Shown: positions 58,692 to 64,000 of the stretch, one piece after another
Numbering within the stretch: the stretch's first letter is position 1
Layout of the letters: every line of letters starts with the position of its first letter
Assembly (NCBI GenBank): GCA_051003195.1
Contig: JBPCLP010000024.1
Location: 32,001-96,000 of the forward strand
Length of the DNA: 64,000 bases
Reading direction: 5' to 3'
Source: Candidatus Sumerlaeaceae bacterium
GTDB lineage: Bacteria > Sumerlaeota > Sumerlaeia > Sumerlaeales > Sumerlaeaceae
Made by a program: the position numbers and the translations under genes
The notes under the pieces: model-generated
Told to the model about the DNA's origin: nothing
The model's database searches: none
The model's input: the letters and a program-made list of their open reading frames with translations, nothing else

Positions 58692-59702
58692 TTACGCCAC
58701 CTCCCCAGTGGACGGCGTGGGTTCCGGTTGTACCCGGTGGTCTGGAGTTTTCGATACTTCGCGTATAAAGTATTCCTCCAGAGTTTCGCGTCTCGGCGTC
58801 ATACTCACCAGCCGTGCGCCTTCAGAAAGCGCCCGGCGCACCAGTGCGTCTACATCTTCCTCGCGCTCCATGATAATCAATGTGTCGCCTTCGCGGTCGA
58901 TCACCTTCCTTGTGCTTTGCCGCACGCTTTGCAGCGTTTCAGCGCGCAGGCCGCTCAGCACCACTTCGATGTCTTTCACTTTTGTTCCCAGCAGCTTGTT
59001 CATGTCTCCCTGGGCAACCAGCCGCCCGTGGTTCAGGATGGCCACGCGGTCGCATATCAATTCAGCGTCCGATAGAATGTGCGACGAGAAGAAGACCGTC
59101 TTCCCTGCTTCCTTCAGTGTAAGGATAATGTCGCGCACTTCCTTACGGCCCATCGGGTCAAGTCCGCTCTGCGGTTCGTCCAGTACCACAAGCTTCGGAT
59201 CATTCAACAGGCTCTGAGCCAGGCCGATACGCTGCAGCATCCCCTTCGAGTAACCTTTCAAGGGTAGGTTTGGCGCATGTGCGGGGAGGCCGACTAGCTC
59301 AAAGAGCTGATCAATCCGCTTGCGCCGCGCTGCCTTAGGCATGCCGTACAGCTGTCCGTAATAATCCAGGAATTCTTCACCTTTGAGGTAATCGTAAAAG
59401 TACGGATTCTCGGGAAGAAAACCAATCTGAGATTTCACTATGCGATCGCCAAGATCGCGTCCAAGAATCCGCGCTCTCCCGCTCGAGGCGAAAAGAATCC
59501 CCATAAGGATTTTGATCGTCGTCGATTTTCCGGCACCGTTTGGCCCGAGTAGCCCGAAAATCTCCCCCTCGCTTACGTCGAGGTTCAGCTTTTCAAGGGC
59601 CACCGTTTTGCGGAACCAATTGAAGCGGACGCGGCCGTGCTCCACATCAATAAAGTCGTGGGTGTAGACTTTCGTCAGGTCTCTGGTTTCAATTACAATC
59701 AT
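58692..59702 (-). CDS. ABC transporter ATP-binding protein (PilH-like)
   Basis: Walker [19 protein letters not shown], signature YSKGMLQR, Walker B VVLDEP and SSH. Confidence 0.95.
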   Translation of the reverse strand: MIVIETRDLTKVYTHDFIDVEHGRVRFNWFRKTVALEKLNLDVSEGEIFGLLGPNGAGKSTTIKILMGILFASSGRARILGRDLGDRIVKSQIGFLPENPYFYDYLKGEEFLDYYGQLYGMPKAARRKRIDQLFELVGLPAHAPNLPLKGYSKGMLQRIGLAQSLLNDPKLVVLDEPQSGLDPMGRKEVRDIILTLKEAGKTVFFSSHILSDAELICDRVAILNHGRLVAQGDMNKLLGTKVKDIEVVLSGLRAETLQSVRQSTRKVIDREGDTLIIMEREEDVDALVRRALSEGARLVSMTPRRETLEEYFIREVSKTPDHRVQPEPTPSTGEVA

Positions 59703-60073
59703 GGCATTCTTAGGGTTGATAACGTTAGCGAGCGCAGGCAGTGAACGGGTCCCGTCTCAGCCATGTCAAGTGCGCCAGTACCGTAATGCATAGTGTAAAT
59801 GGACCAATCCACCGGCTTGGGCACTACATCATAAGTCACCATTTCTGCATCCTGTTTTGGCGGGTAATTTGTTCTTGCCCGACTAGTTCTCTTGTAGTTA
59901 AGTATCGGGTTAACGATTTCAAGGAAGTACCTGATAGACACACTTCAACCAAATGCCAGGTTCCATAAGTACGCAGAATTCAGTCCGCTTGGAATGGATG
60001 CGCTATAATTGCATTGACCGGTGACTGTATGCCCAGGCCACTCACAGCTTCAATTGTTCGAGGATAGACCATC

Positions 60074-61132
60074 ATGAAAGCATTGGCAATCGCCGTTGTC
60101 GCGGCAGTTGGCTTTAGTTCCATGGCTGCATACGCTGAAGATATCATTATCGAAGCGAGGCCGGAAGGTCAGAACCACGATAAGTACAAAGAGCACTCAG
60201 GCAGATGGCTCGATAGTAATACACCCGCAGCCACGGCGAAGAGCGCTGCCCCGGGCTTGACGCCCCAGGGAACTTGCGGTACAAGGAAGTTTGCGATGGG
60301 GGGCGCGCCGGTCGACTCGAAAACCGTCGTTGCATCGGCCCGTTTCTCTCCTAAACTCGCCAGCGCCGGGCATTATCATGTCTACGTAACGTTTCCAAAG
60401 GCCGCCAATGCCACTCCGGTTAATTACATTGTAAAGAATGCCAGGGGCGAGGAGACAAAATCGCTGGCGCAGGATGGCTGGGGAGGCGTCGGAAATCCCA
60501 ATTCCGGAATTTGGCTCAGCCTGGGCAATTTCGATTTTGCTGCGGGTGATGATCAGTACGTTGAGTTGCAGATAACCGGCGAAGCCGGAGTAGCCAGCCC
60601 GCAGACACCCGGGCAGGCGTTTGCCGATGCCGTTCGGTTTAACAGCGAACCCCTTTCCGACGCGATTCCTGCCCCGAGCGGACCCGCGCCCACTCCCAAA
60701 CCCCTCGACCCGAACGCGACACCTGTTATAGCGGCAGCAGCACCCGCGGCCATGATTCCAGCTGCAGCCGTTCCGACGCCAGTCGAACCAGCAGAAAACA
60801 TTCAGCTTTCCTGGCTGGAGGACATTAAAAGCGCACAAGTTGATGCGGGTAAGTCCGGAAAAAAAATCTTCGTGTTCTTCTACAGCCCGGAGAGTGAGCG
60901 CAGCAATAACTACGACAAAAAGGTCTTCAATAACGCCCGCGTCAAATCCGCACTAAAGGATGGCTACGTCCTCGTGCGCGTTAACATCGACGAGAACCGC
61001 AGCCTCGCCAACAACCTTCAGGTATTCCGGGCCGGTACGATCAATATCTATGACGATAAAGGAAACGGCTTGAACCAATTCACCGAAACCATGGACGCGG
61101 AAGAGCTCGTCACTAAACTGAAGAGCATGTGA
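60074..61132 (+). CDS. Secreted protein: golvesin/xanthan-lyase CBD-like domain, Pro/Ala linker, cysteine-less thioredoxin-like domain
   Basis: Signal peptide ending AYA-E. ARFSP.L...G.Y.VY...WLSLGNFDF...ADAVRF. C-terminal LSWLED...IFVFFYSPES. Confidence 0.75.
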   Translation: MKALAIAVVAAVGFSSMAAYAEDIIIEARPEGQNHDKYKEHSGRWLDSNTPAATAKSAAPGLTPQGTCGTRKFAMGGAPVDSKTVVASARFSPKLASAGHYHVYVTFPKAANATPVNYIVKNARGEETKSLAQDGWGGVGNPNSGIWLSLGNFDFAAGDDQYVELQITGEAGVASPQTPGQAFADAVRFNSEPLSDAIPAPSGPAPTPKPLDPNATPVIAAAAPAAMIPAAAVPTPVEPAENIQLSWLEDIKSAQVDAGKSGKKIFVFFYSPESERSNNYDKKVFNNARVKSALKDGYVLVRVNIDENRSLANNLQVFRAGTINIYDDKGNGLNQFTETMDAEELVTKLKSM

Positions 61133-61154
61133 GCACAGTAACAGCTAACGCGAT

Positions 61155-63044
61155 TTAGTGCAACTCCCGCCATTCGGCAACAGCTGCCGGGTTCAGGTTT
61201 GCCGAGGGGCCGCCCATTTGTATGTTTTCAATCTGAGCCTCCTGGAGATTATAAGTCATAACACGAATAGCTCCAAAGCGCTGGTCTGAATTCACGACCT
61301 GGTTGGCGCCGGTCCAGTCGAGTACAACCGACAGATCCGGTAGGCGCAGCACCGTGTATTGAAGTGTCGTTCCGTTTGCGGCAGCCACTACACGGAAGCG
61401 GTAAGCGCTGTTAATTCCACCGCCAACGGTCTGGCTTTTGTAAACTGTATCCCAGTCAACCGTCCGGCGCAGTACTACCTTGCTGGCGTTAACGTTGGTC
61501 CCCGCGCTTGAGTAGAAGGTAAGCGAATATCCGCGTCCATCTGTGTCCGTTCGTTCACGAATACGCAGATCTAAATTTGCTTCCACGTTCGCGCCGGTCG
61601 CAATAGGGCTCGCATTGGTAAAAGTGAAATCCATCTGCAGTTTGAAATCTGCAAATTTATAGGTATCTGCGGTCCTTATGCCGGCAATTCCGTTACCGTT
61701 CGGTCCGCCGATGAGTCGCAGGTTACCAGCTCCGGAAAGCGCGACACTGCCTGCAGTGCCCTCGTTTTCGATCTTCCAGTGCGGCAATGGTTGCGCCTGA
61801 TCCGGCGACCCTGACCCTGCAAAATCGTCTTCCCACCACTTGTTGGATGAAGTAATTGACGGTCCGTTGGTGCCGCCCTTTGCAAAATTTGACAGACATA
61901 TGTTTTGAAAGGCGTACCATGGCTGCGTGGTAGGGGTGCCGCCTGCCGTCTTGGAATACAGCAGCGACTGCCGGTTCCAGGTAGCATCTGTGGGGTAAAT
62001 GAACCAGTTCGTCCCGGTGAATTTGTGGCTGGGTTGTCCCGGCCATACCTGGCTGGATCCGGTGTTCCACGAATTCAGCATGCTGTACGCAGTCGTAAGA
62101 AACTGGGCGCCCAGCGGCACATCAGAGGCGTTGGGCATATCGCGATTAAATTCGGTGATGAAGATGGGCCGATCTCCGAGTCCATACTGGTCGATAATCG
62201 TAAGCTGTTGCCGCAGCGTTTCCATGAAGCCGTCTGCCCCATAGTTCCCAGTTGAGGGGTCTGCATACGAGTGAAGCGCAAATCCGTCGATCTTCGTCTT
62301 GTCTGGCACCGCTGAAATCATTCGGATGAGAAACTCATTACTGTCCATGAAACGCAATCCGCCAATGATTCCGCCGGGCGAGGTCGGTTGCATCAGGACA
62401 ATCTGGTTCGCAGGATTTGTCTCCGGCGCGACCTCATGTATTTTGTCGCGGCACGCAACATACTGAGCTGCGTAAAGCTCCGGCAATTGCGCCAGGTCCT
62501 GCGCAGGCCATGCAAGATTATAGTCCGAGCTGGCACTATTCCAGCGGAAATTCTCATCCGTCAAATTCGCTTCGTTCGCCAGCACCCACACGTGGCAGTT
62601 TTTCATCAGGTTCGCAGCGGATTTGCAGTCGCTTGCGTAAGTGGTACTTGTGTACGGGTCTGCCGGAAACCCCAGGCCGCTGTTGCCCGGATATGGCATC
62701 GTCACACCCCACTGCGGCTGCAATCGAAGCACCAGCGAGTGACCTTTGCCGGTGATCTGGCTCATCCATCCAGGCTTTGCATACGCAGTCGTTGTGTCGA
62801 TGGTCGGAGCAGTCACCCAGGGGGTTTCCCACTCATTGCCGCGTGCACGCGTTGCGGTGCCATTTAACAATGCCTGGTCCAGCACCCAGATTCCTTTTCC
62901 GCCTGACATCGCTTCAACATCCGACGCACCGAGGTTCCCGTACCAGTGGATTCCGTAAAGGTAGTTTGAATCCGGTGTTACGCACCAGGAGACCTGGCAG
63001 GTAAGTGCCATGCAAATCGCGCCCGCATACACCCGTAACATCAT
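61155..63044 (-). CDS. Secreted clan GH-A-like glycoside hydrolase with C-terminal lectin/DUF1080-like domain and short AAVAEW tail
   Basis: SD GGAGG before the ATG at 63044, signal peptide, VLANEAN (acid/base), FALHSY, PIFITEFN (nucleophile). Ends NPAAVAEWRELH. Confidence 0.75.
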   Translation of the reverse strand: MMLRVYAGAICMALTCQVSWCVTPDSNYLYGIHWYGNLGASDVEAMSGGKGIWVLDQALLNGTATRARGNEWETPWVTAPTIDTTTAYAKPGWMSQITGKGHSLVLRLQPQWGVTMPYPGNSGLGFPADPYTSTTYASDCKSAANLMKNCHVWVLANEANLTDENFRWNSASSDYNLAWPAQDLAQLPELYAAQYVACRDKIHEVAPETNPANQIVLMQPTSPGGIIGGLRFMDSNEFLIRMISAVPDKTKIDGFALHSYADPSTGNYGADGFMETLRQQLTIIDQYGLGDRPIFITEFNRDMPNASDVPLGAQFLTTAYSMLNSWNTGSSQVWPGQPSHKFTGTNWFIYPTDATWNRQSLLYSKTAGGTPTTQPWYAFQNICLSNFAKGGTNGPSITSSNKWWEDDFAGSGSPDQAQPLPHWKIENEGTAGSVALSGAGNLRLIGGPNGNGIAGIRTADTYKFADFKLQMDFTFTNASPIATGANVEANLDLRIRERTDTDGRGYSLTFYSSAGTNVNASKVVLRRTVDWDTVYKSQTVGGGINSAYRFRVVAAANGTTLQYTVLRLPDLSVVLDWTGANQVVNSDQRFGAIRVMTYNLQEAQIENIQMGGPSANLNPAAVAEWRELH

Positions 63045-63162
63045 TAAGCCTCCAACTTGCCGTGCAATGCGGCGAACCGGGTTGTCCCGACCCAGTGGCC
63101 AGGGCGCAGTTGCTCCCAACGGGATACTGATAAAAAGAGCTATTTCGCCAGCGACCCTTTAG

Positions 63163-63966
63163 TCAAACTGTGATGTCGCGCAACCGGAACACGATTGCGC
63201 TGAATACCAATGCGGCCGCGGCTACAGAACCAAGAATTATCAGGTCGTGCGTCGGCGTAGCACCTCGCAACAAGATGGAGGCCGGGCTATAGTAACGAAA
63301 CAGCGAGAAGTTGGGGATGCTGCCCGAAGTAGCCCAGAGCTGTGCAAGAAAGTTCCAGACGTACATGAGTAGTGATATGGTGACCGCCCAGCCAATGGAA
63401 TCGCCACGTTCGTCGTGCATCGCGGATATCGCAAGTGTGATGCTGGTCAGCGCGGCGGCGAGCAGGTACAGATTCAGCGCGACCATCCCCAGAACTCGCA
63501 GATTCACTGGATCTGGCAATTGCGTCCAGCGCATTCCCGAAATCGTCCCGCCGACCGAACACATCACCGCGAGTGCCGGCCATGCAAGGCAGACAATAGA
63601 AGCAGCGAGCACTACCGTAAAGCGACTCACCGGCCGTGAGAGAATTAGGCCCATGGTACGCTGTTCGACGTCACCCGCCAGTAGTGCAGTTGCCGCTGCT
63701 ATTGGTACCGCAAACAGGATCGCCAGTTGGAACGGGTGTTGATACGATATGACAAGGAAGCCAGAGAACGCGTTCATGGCAGCAGGGTCCACGCTGAACA
63801 GTGACTGCACCCACTTCGGCATGAAACGAGCCATCGGTCCCGGTCCACCTGCCGCACCTATTTGTTGGAACACGCGGCATATGACAACTTGAAAGCCAAA
63901 AAGCGCTGCGCAACCGAGTAACCCCGAGCGCCACGTCCGGCGCAGATAGTTCAGAAGTAGAAACAT
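63163..63966 (-). CDS. ABC-2 type transporter permease
   Basis: Six TMs, LAGDVEQRTMGLILSRPVSR and C-terminal FRLRDI. Confidence 0.88.
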   Translation of the reverse strand: MFLLLNYLRRTWRSGLLGCAALFGFQVVICRVFQQIGAAGGPGPMARFMPKWVQSLFSVDPAAMNAFSGFLVISYQHPFQLAILFAVPIAAATALLAGDVEQRTMGLILSRPVSRFTVVLAASIVCLAWPALAVMCSVGGTISGMRWTQLPDPVNLRVLGMVALNLYLLAAALTSITLAISAMHDERGDSIGWAVTISLLMYVWNFLAQLWATSGSIPNFSLFRYYSPASILLRGATPTHDLIILGSVAAAALVFSAIVFRLRDITV

Positions 63967-64000
63967 ATACGTGCGCTAATCAGTCGTTTTGAATTGTCCG

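Noticed and set aside
59703..60073. ncRNA or small pilin gene in the long AT-richer divergent intergenic region
   Set aside because: No recognisable RNA family or prepilin motif. A TATAAT at 60004 and short hairpins fit ordinary promoters.

Overview
A 64 kb, gene-dense, GC-rich bacterial chromosomal segment with no prophage, integrase, transposase, CRISPR array or rRNA that I could recognise. Housekeeping genes are groES-groEL, nrdR, uppP, sat, pyrR and tRNA-Leu(CAG). Accessory content: (i) a type III polyketide synthase / methyltransferase / FAD-oxidoreductase operon, divergent from a tandem pair of dynamin-like GTPases; (ii) a C25 (gingipain/PorU-like) cysteine peptidase next to a cell-surface glycan locus (GT2, carbamoyltransferase, four SAM methyltransferases, a GT-C/PMT-like transferase, a Wzx-type flippase); (iii) a block of secreted carbohydrate-active enzymes (GH78, GH2-like, beta-helix, alpha/alpha-barrel) plus a giant repeat lipoprotein; (iv) a pilG/pilH/pilI-like ABC operon with no adjacent pilin. 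The most interesting hypothesis is a lineage-specific protein sorting/glycosylation system: secreted enzymes carry a short C-terminal A-[AS]-[VI]-x-E-W motif, two others end in a cysteine-less thioredoxin-like module, and a PorU-like peptidase sits beside the glycan locus. Smaller observations read directly from the DNA are tandem NrdR-box-like palindromes over the nrdR promoter, a tandem ~96-bp MITE-like repeat bounded by YTAR tetramers, and two short translationally coupled ORFs missed by the ORF track. Gene content and the C-terminal motif suggest Candidatus Sumerlaeota (BRC1), but that is recollection and inference, not a search result. All family calls come from motif recognition by eye.
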